IMG/VR virus record: IMGVR_UViG_3300025913_000025
Location: 32,001-96,000 of that record
Reading direction: 5' to 3' (one strand)
Length of the DNA stretch: 64,000 nt
Source: a virus
In this document: positions 29,414-38,853 of the stretch, piece after piece
Numbering within the stretch: position 1 is the first letter of the stretch
How the letters are laid out: each line of letters opens with the position of its first letter
Position numbers and translations under genes: made by a program
Notes under the pieces: generated by a model
The model's input: the letters and a program-made list of their open reading frames with translations, nothing else
What the model was told of the DNA's origin: nothing
Database searches by the model: none

Positions 29414-30883
29414 TCACTTTTGGATGCGTGCCCCCAACTGCGCCGTGTAGAACGGCGCGCTCGTGTCCCGCCCGTTGAAGTCCTCGAGACTATTCGTCGC
29501 GACCTGCCCAGTGCGGCCGAACAGGGTCAAAAGCAACCGCTCCCCCCGGAGCTGACGCCCAGACTGATCACCGTTGACCGGATAGCTCGACGCTGAACCG
29601 GGCATCGGCAGCGCGTAGCCAACTCCGGACTGAACGACCGGCTCGAAGACGTCCGTTCGCTCCGTGATCCAGAAATGCCAGAAGACCCCGCGCTCGCCGA
29701 AGCTCGTCGGCGATGAGTAGACCGTCGAGACGATCGCCTGCCCGTTCGGGTTGAGCATCAGATCGACCGTGTGCGCGATCGGATCCACCGGCAGCCGGGA
29801 TCGCTCCAAGCTCGAGTCCCAGGTCGTCGCGTCGATCACGATGTTGGTCGGAAGCGACGTCTCAGGCGTGTTGGCCGAGATGACCGGCCGGCGAGTGATC
29901 GTATAGAGGATCGGCGGCTCGATAAGCTTCGGCGTGGCGATGGGACCGTTTGTGTAGAAGGCGTCCGAGGCCGGCACGTTCCAACGCGACAGTGACGAGA
30001 GCCATGTCTCGATCTCCCATTCCGCCACGTTGTCCACAGTGCCGTCGAGGCCTGCAAACCCCCCGCCCGCGACGTCGATGCCCTCGTCGATCCCGTCGAA
30101 TCCCTGGTCGACATACCCGTCGCGGTTATCATCGAGACCATTCACTATGAATAGGTATTCCGGGTTGACCGTGATCGGCGTCGAGCCCTGCGCGTCGGTG
30201 TAGGTCCGCGTGAGATGCGAAGCCGCACCGGGCACATCGTCATTGACGAACAATTCGGGGTTCGCCACGGTCATCGGCCCGACCACGGTGTACGACTGCC
30301 CGGCCTGCCCGAGCTTGATCTTGTCGCCGATTCGGACATTCCAGAACCAGCCGGTTGGATTGTCGAATCCGGCGTGCGTGTCGTTATCGAGGAACGGCGA
30401 TTGCTCGATCATGAGCACTTGACCGTAGCTTGGGTTGTTCGGAGAAACCTGACCGCTTGTCGGGATAGTCGGTGGGTAGTAGGGGTAAACCGCGCTCGTC
30501 CCGTCCGGGTTGCGCACGGGATACGGAGGAACTCCGCCGTTGAAGACCATGACGGTCTGCGGCACTGGCCAGACGGTGACGTGACCGCTCGAGTAAGGAG
30601 GGCCCGGCTCAATCTGGACCCAGCGATTGAACGCCAGGACGGTCGGCGAGTTGGCGTAAGTCGGATCAGGAAGCAAGCGAATTCCTCGTGGAGCGTTGGC
30701 CTTGGTGGCGGCGGCTCTAGCCTGGATCAGTCCGCCTTGCAAGAGCCGTGCCGCTTCCGTGACCTGTCGGTGACGAATCGCCGGGATGATCGACGGCAGC
30801 AGCGCGGCCGAGACCAAGAGAATGATCAGGACCACGACCATCAGTTCAACCAGGGTGAATCCGCTTCGTCTCATCGGCAGCAT
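29414..30883 (-). CDS. prepilin-type N-terminal cleavage/methylation protein (GspH/FimT-like pseudopilin)
   Basis: RRSG|FTLVELMVVVLIILL; EAARLLQGGLIQARAAA; DDNRDGYVD Ca-binding-like motif. Confidence 0.9.
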   Translation of the reverse strand: MLPMRRSGFTLVELMVVVLIILLVSAALLPSIIPAIRHRQVTEAARLLQGGLIQARAAATKANAPRGIRLLPDPTYANSPTVLAFNRWVQIEPGPPYSSGHVTVWPVPQTVMVFNGGVPPYPVRNPDGTSAVYPYYPPTIPTSGQVSPNNPSYGQVLMIEQSPFLDNDTHAGFDNPTGWFWNVRIGDKIKLGQAGQSYTVVGPMTVANPELFVNDDVPGAASHLTRTYTDAQGSTPITVNPEYLFIVNGLDDNRDGYVDQGFDGIDEGIDVAGGGFAGLDGTVDNVAEWEIETWLSSLSRWNVPASDAFYTNGPIATPKLIEPPILYTITRRPVISANTPETSLPTNIVIDATTWDSSLERSRLPVDPIAHTVDLMLNPNGQAIVSTVYSSPTSFGERGVFWHFWITERTDVFEPVVQSGVGYALPMPGSASSYPVNGDQSGRQLRGERLLLTLFGRTGQVATNSLEDFNGRDTSAPFYTAQLGARIQK

Positions 30884-31092
30884 GGGGTTTTCCTTTCTCC
30901 GAGGTGGCTGTTGTGAATGAACACGCGCTCGCGTTCCGGGCCGTCGATAAAGACGTCCTGGAGGACTGCGGCAAGCGCACCGGGGAACCGGCGCGCTTGA
31001 TCGATCAGAGCAGGGTTCGCGATCACGTCCGAGATCAGAGCCGCGAGCAGGACAATGATCAGCAGGTGCCAGATCGCGAATTGACGGACCAT
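30871..31092 (-). CDS. small membrane protein
   Basis: RQFAIWHLLIIVLLAALI; SD AGGAG. Confidence 0.55.
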   Translation of the reverse strand: MVRQFAIWHLLIIVLLAALISDVIANPALIDQARRFPGALAAVLQDVFIDGPERERVFIHNSHLGERKTPCCR

Positions 31093-31104
31093 CGATGGTG
31101 ACTC

Positions 31105-31728
31105 CTATTTCCAGTGACGTTTGAGGAACTCAAGGACGCGCAACCCTTCTGCGGTCACACGGTAAGCGGTTCCGGCACAATAATTACACGCATGCTCATA
31201 ACCAAATTCGGACGGAAGACCGCAACCGTTGCACGCCGGACACGGAACTTCCAGCGCCGGAAAGAAAGGAGCTGGTTGCGGTTGCGCCTCGGTCGGCTTG
31301 TCGCGGTCCGCCCACAGAACGACGGTCGACTCTGGTTCGGAAGCTGGGGAAACGATTTCAGCGCATGCCGAGTCTTTCCGATACCGTTCGAGCGCGGCCT
31401 CCTGGTGTTGAATGAACGTGATGATGTCTGCGGTCATCATCGGTGGGCGACCCGTGATCTTCGCTACCTCATCAACAACGAGCTTCCATGCCTCCGCGTG
31501 ACGCTTGTCCGTTTTTTCCCTCTCCGCGAATGCCATCACAGCCTTGATGTAGCCGATGACTTCGTTGGCCTGGTCGTCGGCGTCGATCAGCGCTGAGTGC
31601 GCCACCGCGAACTGCCAAACCTTGATCCAGAGTCGCTCGATCGTCTGGAGTTCCTCGTAACGCTCGGCGGGAATCGTACACGTTCTGGCTTCTTCCACAG
31701 TCATTCTCCCTTGAGGATCTGAAGGCAT
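31105..31728 (-). CDS. hypothetical protein with DnaJ-like CxxCxGxG Zn finger
   Basis: CPACNGCG..CNYCAGT. Confidence 0.6.
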   Translation of the reverse strand: MPSDPQGRMTVEEARTCTIPAERYEELQTIERLWIKVWQFAVAHSALIDADDQANEVIGYIKAVMAFAEREKTDKRHAEAWKLVVDEVAKITGRPPMMTADIITFIQHQEAALERYRKDSACAEIVSPASEPESTVVLWADRDKPTEAQPQPAPFFPALEVPCPACNGCGLPSEFGYEHACNYCAGTAYRVTAEGLRVLEFLKRHWK

Positions 31729-32003
31729 TCAAGCAACTTCTGACCGAGTGGCTCGATCCGGTAGTAGGTCTCCCGCTTGCGATGCGACGAGATCGCGCCC
31801 GCCGTGCGGAGCAGGAGCAGATGATGATTCACCGAGCCGCGCGGCATGTCGGCCAGCGAGTGAATCGTTTTCAGCGAGCATAGCCCACCCGCCAACATGA
31901 TCAGGATTCGGGCTCGGGCCGGCACCGCAAGAAGCGAGAGCCGTTCCGCCGAGACGATCAAATCGCGATCGGTGATTTCGGACATATTCTCATTCACGGA
32001 CAT
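31701..32003 (-). CDS. ArsR-family winged-HTH regulator
   Basis: LAVPARARILIML..SVNHHLLLLRTAGAI..YYRI. Confidence 0.85.
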   Translation of the reverse strand: MSVNENMSEITDRDLIVSAERLSLLAVPARARILIMLAGGLCSLKTIHSLADMPRGSVNHHLLLLRTAGAISSHRKRETYYRIEPLGQKLLECLQILKGE

Positions 32004-32319
32004 AGTATAGAGTCCTGAGTAACAGGAAAGAAAGCATTAGAATCATAGAAGTTTTATGAGTTTCGTGAAAAAAGTCAATGGTCATGTTTGACTTCGCTGG
32101 ACGTCCGGGCAAGAATGGTGACGGCGACAGCAAGCAGACTCGAAAGACTGAATCACGCTTCTGCGGTTGGATCGAGAGACTTTTTACGGCGGAGGTGGGC
32201 CATGAACTGCCCGGCAAAAACCGGGCGAACCTGGAGGGTTCTCGAGGATGTCTGATTTGATACCAGGGTCCGGTGACGGTTAAAACCGGTCTCCTTCAAC
32301 TTGCCTGCAAGGGCCGAAC

Positions 32320-32466
32320 ATGGTCGTCGGGTTTCTCGTTTTGACTGTACTGATCCATGTCGTCAACTTCCTCAAATCAATGCAGTCGATCGAGTCCGAA
32401 AGCCGCGCCATCAACCATAAACTCGATGCGATCTGCAAGAAGCTCGAAATCAAGGAGGGCCCCTGA
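32320..32466 (+). CDS. small membrane protein (48 aa)
   Basis: MVVGFLVLTVLIHVVNFLK..; TGATG coupling to next gene; below ORF-track cutoff. Confidence 0.45.
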   Translation: MVVGFLVLTVLIHVVNFLKSMQSIESESRAINHKLDAICKKLEIKEGP

Positions 32467-32957
32467 TGGCAAATCCCGTCCACGATCCCGAAGTCTGTCC
32501 AAGCGAGCTCGTGTCCTGGCATCTGGACGCCTGCAACGAGGCCGGCTGGCATTGCGCCGACTGCGGTCTGAAGATGCCGGGAGAACCTCCAGGATATCGA
32601 CCGGACCTGGACCGATCAGCGATCGGAGCGAAGGTCGATTCGGTCGTCAACTGGCTTCACGAGTCCGAACTGATCTACGTCTCGAACAGTTCTGAAGGCG
32701 AGTCACTGACCGGCAAGGTCGCCGAGGAATGCAAGCGGACGAGCACCTACGATCAAATGTCGATCATCATCATGATCGCCATGAACAAGGAGAACGCCGA
32801 CTACTGGAAGAAGCTCGGCGAGGACGTGCTGGCCGGCAAGGATCCGCGCCGTCGATGCCATTGCGGCAAGCTCGCTAACACGTTCGTCGGCGAGGAGGCA
32901 TTCTGTTCCTGGGCCTGCCAGGACAATAACTCCAAGCAGGGCCGGCTTCCCTGGTAG
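32466..32957 (+). CDS. Cys-rich Zn-binding hypothetical protein
   Basis: CADC, CHCG..FCSWAC; SD AAGGAGG. Confidence 0.65.
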   Translation: MANPVHDPEVCPSELVSWHLDACNEAGWHCADCGLKMPGEPPGYRPDLDRSAIGAKVDSVVNWLHESELIYVSNSSEGESLTGKVAEECKRTSTYDQMSIIIMIAMNKENADYWKKLGEDVLAGKDPRRRCHCGKLANTFVGEEAFCSWACQDNNSKQGRLPW

Positions 32958-32965
32958 GAACGAGC

Positions 32966-33358
32966 ATGCCGCGAAAGCCGAAGTTTCCCGTCGAGATAGG
33001 GGGGAAGTTCCACACTGTTCGGATTCCCAACTGGCATCCCGCCAGGCTGAACGAGCTAATCGGTCGGCATCGGATGGCAATATCAAGGCGTAAGCGTTCA
33101 GATCGCGAGATCGTGGCCGCTTATGTCTTAATGGCTGGTGCGATTGAAGCTACCGGAAAACGTCGCGTCAACCTGCACATCACCCTTAGCCCACGACAAC
33201 GGGCTGCTGACCCAGACGCGTACTGGAAGAGTCTTCTCGACGCCCTGGTTCATTGCAAGGCATTGCGAAACGACAATCGCCAATGGGTCGAATTGATGCC
33301 GGTGGAATTCGATCGCGCTTCGACCAAGGCGACCACTATCGTCTTAACGGACGTCTGA
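32966..33358 (+). CDS. rusA: RusA-like Holliday junction resolvase
   Basis: DPDAYWKSLLDALV...LRNDNRQWV. Confidence 0.75.
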   Translation: MPRKPKFPVEIGGKFHTVRIPNWHPARLNELIGRHRMAISRRKRSDREIVAAYVLMAGAIEATGKRRVNLHITLSPRQRAADPDAYWKSLLDALVHCKALRNDNRQWVELMPVEFDRASTKATTIVLTDV

Positions 33359-33409
33359 CGCGCAATACCGGGGGACTGCGTGCTGGTCCCGGCCTGAAGG
33401 AGTAACGTT

Positions 33410-33766
33410 ATGAGCGACCCGAGCTTCTCCGAAGCATTCAAGGCAGCAGCAGACATCGAAGCCGCCTGTCCCATCACGGCCGGCTCTGCACTCGCACACC
33501 ATGCCGGATGGACAACTGAGTGGCCGACTGAGCCGGGACACTACTGGCTCTATGGAGTCTGGTATATCGCCAGTTCTCCGCGCCCGTCGCTTTGGCTGAT
33601 CAAGGCGGAAATGTTGTACGGATACCTATACCTAAGCGGTGACTGCGGTAACGTGTATGAGGGCCAGGTCGGTCCCCATCGCTGGGCTCGGGCCACGCTT
33701 CCCGAGGTGCCGGCCGCCGAGGTCGAGAGGGAGATCAAGGAGACCGATGGCGATGACCGAAAGTGA
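33410..33766 (+). CDS. hypothetical protein
   Basis: WTTEWPTEPGHYW phage motif; SD AAGGAG. Confidence 0.65.
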   Translation: MSDPSFSEAFKAAADIEAACPITAGSALAHHAGWTTEWPTEPGHYWLYGVWYIASSPRPSLWLIKAEMLYGYLYLSGDCGNVYEGQVGPHRWARATLPEVPAAEVEREIKETDGDDRK

Positions 33767-34019
33767 ATTCTGGCGAACCGTGAATTGCGTTCCAGTCGGG
33801 GAACTGGTCGCCGTAGAGGCAAAGTACGGTGGCATCGGTTCGGCGGTCGTATCAGTTGCGACTCAGGAGAGTTTCGAGGGATGCCGAGTCATGCTTTCGG
33901 TCGGCTCCGGTCAGCACGAGCGAATCTTACTGCCGGCTGGCCATGCTCGGGCGCTGGCCTACCTCCTACTCGCTGCGGCTGAACGCACGGAGAAGTCGGC
34001 ACTACCTCCGAGTCGTTGA
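33747..34019 (+). CDS. hypothetical protein
   Basis: SD AAGGAG; ARALAYLLLAAAE. Confidence 0.55.
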   Translation: MAMTESEFWRTVNCVPVGELVAVEAKYGGIGSAVVSVATQESFEGCRVMLSVGSGQHERILLPAGHARALAYLLLAAAERTEKSALPPSR

Positions 34020-34292
34020 CTCCGCGATCTTCAACGGTCCAGTTCAGCATCAAACACCGCGGCCCGGACGCACCTTGCGATGCGCCCGGGCCGAATGCGT
34101 TGGATGACGGAAGTATCTGACGCGACCGCTTCTCCAACAATCTCGTGGGGCATAACTCCCGATTGATCACCCCGCACTTGAGGGCGGGGCCTCTTTCGTG
34201 GACCGTCGAGCCGATCAGTTAAGCTCACGGCGTTGGCTCGGAGCGCCGGGAGCGACGATGCTTCCAAGGCGACTTAATGATGCCGATCGCCG

Positions 34293-34580
34293 TCAGATCA
34301 CCTCATCCCCGAATGGCTCGGGATACTCGTTGAGGATTTCCCCCACGCGGTCAAAGAATTTCGAGTCCTTCTCATACCGCTCCAGCAGTTCCTCATCGAG
34401 CCGCTCGGCTTCCGCGGACGTAGGATCACGGCCATCGATGTCCGTTATGACGAACCGAAGTCCATCGACGCCCGGGGCTTCATCGCACCCCGTAAATCCC
34501 GGCGCGCCGGAATAGCCTTCGCTGATCGAATCCCATTCCACGTCCACGCAGAGCTTCTGGCCGTTGTGTTCCACGATCAT
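34293..34580 (-). CDS. acidic hypothetical protein
   Basis: ORF in coupled leftward operon. Confidence 0.6.
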   Translation of the reverse strand: MIVEHNGQKLCVDVEWDSISEGYSGAPGFTGCDEAPGVDGLRFVITDIDGRDPTSAEAERLDEELLERYEKDSKFFDRVGEILNEYPEPFGDEVI

Positions 34581-34789
34581 CGCCGTGCCTTCTTCCTGGC
34601 GTCTCGTTGCCGCTTACGCCGTTTCGCCAGGTCGTCGTGATCCCGAACGCACGCCTTGGTTCTTCCGCCGTGGGAGCGACTTCGCCGTTTCCAGTCTAAG
34701 CCGGTAATGAGATTCTCGGCGCTCGCGTGTGGCATCAGGGCCGGAATTGCGAGTGCGATTGCCGCGAGCGCGGCCGTGTTCTTGTTCAT
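34577..34789 (-). CDS. small basic hypothetical protein
   Basis: ATGA coupling at both ends. Confidence 0.55.
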   Translation of the reverse strand: MNKNTAALAAIALAIPALMPHASAENLITGLDWKRRSRSHGGRTKACVRDHDDLAKRRKRQRDARKKARR

Positions 34790-35217
34790 TTCTTGGCCTC
34801 AGAGAGAAAGAACTTTCGACGGCAATGCGGACATACGACCGCTTCGCCGACCACAATGTCGCGACGAACAGCCTTGCCATCCTCGATGACGAGCTTCCAG
34901 CGATCGGAAATGTCGTCTCCCTGCGCGAGCACTTCGCCGGTAAATCCGAAGTCGGGGAACTCCTCACGCATGAAGGCGAGAATCAAGTTGACGGACTCAA
35001 CGATTCCGTAGAACTTCTCGCCGCCGTCCCACTGGATTCCCGAGAAGTCCTTCGTGAGCTCCCACTGGATGTAGGACGTATCCTTGATTCCGTACTGACG
35101 CCATTCGCCATGATCGTCTGAGTCCTCACCGAGCATCTCGTTCAGACGTTTGATCTGCGCGATGCTCGGTTCATTCACGAACTTCAGAATGCCATCGAGT
35201 TGCGTCGAATAGCCCAT
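34786..35217 (-). CDS. hypothetical protein with C-terminal Zn ribbon
   Basis: MGYSTQ..QWE..WDGGEKFY; CPHC. Confidence 0.7.
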   Translation of the reverse strand: MGYSTQLDGILKFVNEPSIAQIKRLNEMLGEDSDDHGEWRQYGIKDTSYIQWELTKDFSGIQWDGGEKFYGIVESVNLILAFMREEFPDFGFTGEVLAQGDDISDRWKLVIEDGKAVRRDIVVGEAVVCPHCRRKFFLSEAKK

Positions 35218-35221
35218 CTGA

Positions 35222-35653
35222 TCATCTCCTTTGAGGTTCATTCGGTTCGATCGTCAAATCGTCCTCAGTCAGTCGCCTCGGTCGATCACCACCGTCGATC
35301 AGCCAGACCGTGATCCCAGCTCCCAGGCACTTCCGCACGCAGTCCCGAGTTCCCCGCGACCTGGCGAGAGTCCGATGCACGGCAATCGCGTAGGCGGCTC
35401 CCAGCCGGACCATTTCCGAGTTCCTGATCGGACCCCCTTTCTTCCCAAGGTGCCAGTCCGCAGGATGGGGCTCATGCGGGATCCCCATCGCCTCACAGGC
35501 GTAACGGAAGGAGCGATCCACCCCGGTTGGACAGTCACCGTGGACGATCACGACGTCGGTCCCGAGCTTGGCGCGGATGCCGGCGAGTACGTGCGCGGCG
35601 ATGTCGGCACAGGTCCAATGGCGATCGCCGGTGATGATGATGCGGGTGGGCAC
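35222..35653 (-). CDS. SLOG-family (YspA/DUF2493-like) protein
   Basis: RIIITGDRHW, IVHGDCPTGVD, HPADW, GPIRNSEMV, SRGTRDC. Confidence 0.85.
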   Translation of the reverse strand: MPTRIIITGDRHWTCADIAAHVLAGIRAKLGTDVVIVHGDCPTGVDRSFRYACEAMGIPHEPHPADWHLGKKGGPIRNSEMVRLGAAYAIAVHRTLARSRGTRDCVRKCLGAGITVWLIDGGDRPRRLTEDDLTIEPNEPQRR

Positions 35654-35658
35654 GAAGA

Positions 35659-35898
35659 TTACTTCCGTGGAATAGGGGTCAGACTGACGGCGTGCTTCAT
35701 GCCCGCATCGAAGACATCTGCCTGCACGTAACGCACGCTCACACCGCGATCACTCCAGATAAAGATTGGCTGATTCACGGCAAAGTCATAGGATGGATCG
35801 CCACCGCGCACCTTGAGATTGTCGCGGATCATCGTTTCGACCTCAGTCATCGATAGGTTGATGATGCAAATCTGGGTTTGCGCGTATTGTTTTTCCAT
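35659..35898 (-). CDS. hypothetical protein
   Basis: ATG 35898 after GGAG. Confidence 0.5.
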   Translation of the reverse strand: MEKQYAQTQICIINLSMTEVETMIRDNLKVRGGDPSYDFAVNQPIFIWSDRGVSVRYVQADVFDAGMKHAVSLTPIPRK

Positions 35899-36218
35899 CA
35901 ATCTGGCTCCTGGATTGGCTTGGCAGCGAACATCGCCTTGAACTCTTCCAGCGTCACCACCAGATCGGTAGTGGGATACAGGCCGATGTTTTTCAGTTCC
36001 CATCCAGTTGTATTGCCGTCGTTGTCGAGTTGTTCGATCCGCGCCATAAGCGACCCGTCAAAGTCTTGGTCATAGCCTGTCACGCGGAACGCCATCAGGA
36101 CGATTGTCCCGACGGGCTCTGGTTCCACCGGGTTCCGCTTGATGATGGACGATTCGACGCGAAAATTCTCTTCCTCCACCGTGATCTCGCGAACAGGCCT
36201 CATCGAAATTTCCTCCAT
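35898..36218 (-). CDS. hypothetical protein
   Basis: ORF in coupled operon. Confidence 0.55.
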   Translation of the reverse strand: MEEISMRPVREITVEEENFRVESSIIKRNPVEPEPVGTIVLMAFRVTGYDQDFDGSLMARIEQLDNDGNTTGWELKNIGLYPTTDLVVTLEEFKAMFAAKPIQEPD

Positions 36219-36475
36219 TGCCCAGGCTTGGTAATGAAACAGGAATCAACTCCGTTGTGCGGATTCTCGAACTTGATGAGCGGGTATTCGCCAAACATCG
36301 TCAACTCGAAACCGACGAACACTCCAACAGCCCCGGAGTGAGGGTGATCCCCGCAAACAATGACGCGGTCACCTGCTTTGATTGAATCGGCGTTGACGAA
36401 CAGAGGCGTGAAGCCGTCGTAGAACGCTTTCTCCGCAGCAGTCAGAGGGCCGCGAGATGATCGTTTGCGTTTCAA
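36200..36475 (-). CDS. KOW/SH3-like hypothetical protein
   Basis: IKAGDRVIVCGDHPHSGAVG. Confidence 0.5.
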   Translation of the reverse strand: MKRKRSSRGPLTAAEKAFYDGFTPLFVNADSIKAGDRVIVCGDHPHSGAVGVFVGFELTMFGEYPLIKFENPHNGVDSCFITKPGQWRKFR

Positions 36476-36843
36476 TGTGTTGAATCTCCAGCAGCAACCG
36501 GCACCTCGATCGCCGTTGCCTTGCAGAAGTAGCAACTGAGCTTCAGGAGGCCAGAACCCGCGCGATAAGAAGCCCACACGGTCTGCGTGTCCCAGCCGTC
36601 GTTGCAACACGTCAGACGAACATCAGGCTTCGCCCCGGCATACTTGACTACCAGCGCGGGAGTTGAACATTCGACACAGGATAGGACCAGCGATCCAGGC
36701 TCGCGATCGGAGTCAACGAACATTGGTGCCCGAACGTGGCACCGTGAATGGAGAAACATTTCGTGCGCGTTCGGCTCGTGATCGCAGCCGGCCGCGCAGC
36801 CCGCAGGCACGAAGCGGTCGAGAGACTCTTTGGTCAGTTCCAT
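36472..36843 (-). CDS. Cys-rich Zn-binding hypothetical protein
   Basis: Two LxLSCxxC repeats. Confidence 0.6.
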   Translation of the reverse strand: MELTKESLDRFVPAGCAAGCDHEPNAHEMFLHSRCHVRAPMFVDSDREPGSLVLSCVECSTPALVVKYAGAKPDVRLTCCNDGWDTQTVWASYRAGSGLLKLSCYFCKATAIEVPVAAGDSTH

Positions 36844-36849
36844 TGATCG

Positions 36850-37209
36850 TTACGCTCCCCATGAAACACCGAGACGATCCAATTCCGCCTCCGACCGCTT
36901 CGGTTCGGTTGTCTCGCCGTGAATGAACTCGACGTCGATCACCGAGCCGGATTCCAGGGAATCGAAGTGTTCGAGGATGTACTCGTGGGCTCGCTGCATC
37001 GTGACATCCGTCCAGTCCCGTGAATTGTAGTTTGCCTTGGTGCTCGTCAACGACACCATGATGAGGACCGTCGCTTGGATCGAGGGGTCGCTACCGTAGC
37101 CCGCGCGGCTGATCAAGTAGCGGTCCTGTTCGTTGCCCGGTTTCAACTTGGTAGCTAGAACGGAGGTGAATGTGTGCTTATCGCGAATCTCGAACGTCTT
37201 ACTGATCAC
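36850..37209 (-). CDS. hypothetical protein
   Basis: KTFEIRDKHTF..AHEYILEHFDSLESGSVIDVEFI. Confidence 0.7.
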   Translation of the reverse strand: MISKTFEIRDKHTFTSVLATKLKPGNEQDRYLISRAGYGSDPSIQATVLIMVSLTSTKANYNSRDWTDVTMQRAHEYILEHFDSLESGSVIDVEFIHGETTEPKRSEAELDRLGVSWGA

Positions 37210-37568
37210 GGCCTCCCCCTTTCCGCAATCGCCGTCTCCATCCGCCCCTCTTCATGCTCCGCGATGGCTGTGTCAATGCGGTCCTGATCCCAATGAGCGT
37301 TGAGATACAGGCTCTCCATCCGTGATTCCAGTTCGGCCCGGATGTCGGCATCGATCGACTTGGCTTCAATCCAGGAGCCGTACTCAGCCGACACTTCAGG
37401 ATCGATCCCGCGAATCCGCGCGACCTTGAATCGAACGTCCTCGAACCCGCCCGGGAAGCGCGGCCATTGCGCCGCGCCGCCTTCGGGCGGGAGCGTCTCG
37501 TAGCTCACTTCGAACTCGATCTCGAGTCCCTCGTCTTCATCAGTGTGGGTGTACTCGATGTTCGGCAT
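37206..37568 (-). CDS. acidic hypothetical protein
   Basis: ATG after GGAG. Confidence 0.6.
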   Translation of the reverse strand: MPNIEYTHTDEDEGLEIEFEVSYETLPPEGGAAQWPRFPGGFEDVRFKVARIRGIDPEVSAEYGSWIEAKSIDADIRAELESRMESLYLNAHWDQDRIDTAIAEHEEGRMETAIAERGRP

Positions 37569-37621
37569 GGAAAGCTCCAGAAGGAAGGAAGGAAGCAAAG
37601 GATTCACCTGGACGGCGCAGG

Positions 37622-37882
37622 CTACGATTCGACTCCCGAGCCGACCGGCTCGGCGACCTTCTTCGACTTCCTCGATACCGACGGCGCGGGAACGGCGCTC
37701 GACTGGCAGTTCCGCTTGTGAAAGTCATTGATCAGGTGCGAGAAGATTTGAGTCACCGAGAGCGGCGTTTCGAGGTTCGGCGCGAGAAATTTGCTGATGT
37801 CCGTCAACTTCTGGATGTTGTCGGGATTGGCGCGGAGGTTGAAAAACTCGTGATCTGCAAGGGACTTTCTGGAAACACCCAT
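37622..37882 (-). CDS. ribbon-helix-helix (Arc/CopG-like) regulator candidate
   Basis: FFNLR strand plus two helices; first gene left of the divergent promoters. Confidence 0.5.
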   Translation of the reverse strand: MGVSRKSLADHEFFNLRANPDNIQKLTDISKFLAPNLETPLSVTQIFSHLINDFHKRNCQSSAVPAPSVSRKSKKVAEPVGSGVES

Positions 37883-37948
37883 CTTCTGAATCTCCAAAGA
37901 CTTGGATTGTTCCGCGACCACGCATTGACCGCGATGTAGAACATACTC

Positions 37949-37977
37949 AGTTTAACCGCGTGTGTGACACAACGCAA
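37949..37977 (-). promoter_or_regulatory. leftward sigma70-like promoter
   Basis: TTGCGT-17-TAAACT on minus strand. Confidence 0.6.
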
Positions 37978-38000
37978 TCAGAAAGAAAAATTTCCAGTCC

Positions 38001-38033
38001 CCGATTGCCGCAAACGAAGTTCTCGGATAGAAT
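38001..38033 (+). promoter_or_regulatory. rightward promoter with overlapping operator
   Basis: TTGCCG-17-TAGAAT; -35 lies in CGATTGCCGCAAACG. Confidence 0.65.
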
Positions 38034-38038
38034 CCGAA

Positions 38039-38236
38039 CCGCAGTCGACGTGAGACTCGGTACGCTGTTCCCAAGATGCAGGCGGAGTCATCGGGAATGG
38101 TGGGGTCTGGTGGTGCAAGCTACGCCAGGCTTCAGGGTTTCATACTGCCCCGTAAACCACGCCGGCCCGAGGCTCGCATGGGAGCTGATCGGGTAGGGGG
38201 GACTTGAATGCCATCGGTCCCCCTTTTTTCTTTCTT
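38039..38236 (+). ncRNA. multi-hairpin leader/sRNA candidate ending in intrinsic terminator
   Basis: About five consecutive stems, then GGGGGAC/GTCCCCC plus U-run. Confidence 0.45.
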
Positions 38237-38265
38237 TGTTCCTTGTCTCGGAGATTGGCAAACGG

Positions 38266-38853
38266 ATGGACGATCGCGCCGAAAGCATTAGGGTGATGTA
38301 TCCACTCTTCCAGGTGGAGGAAGGCGGTCCAACTCCGACCTCGGCGCTTACGGCAAAGTCTCTTCGGATCGAAGGTATCCCGTTCACCTTGGCGAAGGAA
38401 CTGAACCGGAAATGGCATTCGCGACTTCCTCGCATGGGTACGGGCTTTATCAAAACACAACCATTTCCCTGCTTTGCGGCAACAGACAAAGGGGGAAGGA
38501 TTTACGCAGTAGCAATCTGGTCGAATCCCGTTGCGAGGAATCTTCCGCAAGACAACTGGCTCGAACTGAGACGGCTGGCGGCTTCTCCCGAGGCACCAAA
38601 GAATACATGCAGCCGAATGCTTCGCGTGATGGCAATCCTCTTGAAAAAGCAACGCCCCTGGCTTGTGCGTTTGGTCAGCTACCAAGATGTCGACGTTCAT
38701 TCAGGATCGATCTATCGCGCGGCGGGATGGGAGCGGACGACGATCAGTCAACCGGGCGACGAGTGGGACAGGCCGGGACGAGCGCGCCCCAAGGCTCAAT
38801 CGGCGAGTTCTAAACAACGATGGGAGAAGGACATTCAGAGCGGAGCGAACTAG
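38266..38853 (+). CDS. Mom-like GNAT DNA-modification protein (XF1762-like)
   Basis: WHSRLP, AVAIWSNPVAR, LELRRLA..APKNTCS, LVSYQD..HSGSIYRAAGW. Confidence 0.8.
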   Translation: MDDRAESIRVMYPLFQVEEGGPTPTSALTAKSLRIEGIPFTLAKELNRKWHSRLPRMGTGFIKTQPFPCFAATDKGGRIYAVAIWSNPVARNLPQDNWLELRRLAASPEAPKNTCSRMLRVMAILLKKQRPWLVRLVSYQDVDVHSGSIYRAAGWERTTISQPGDEWDRPGRARPKAQSASSKQRWEKDIQSGAN

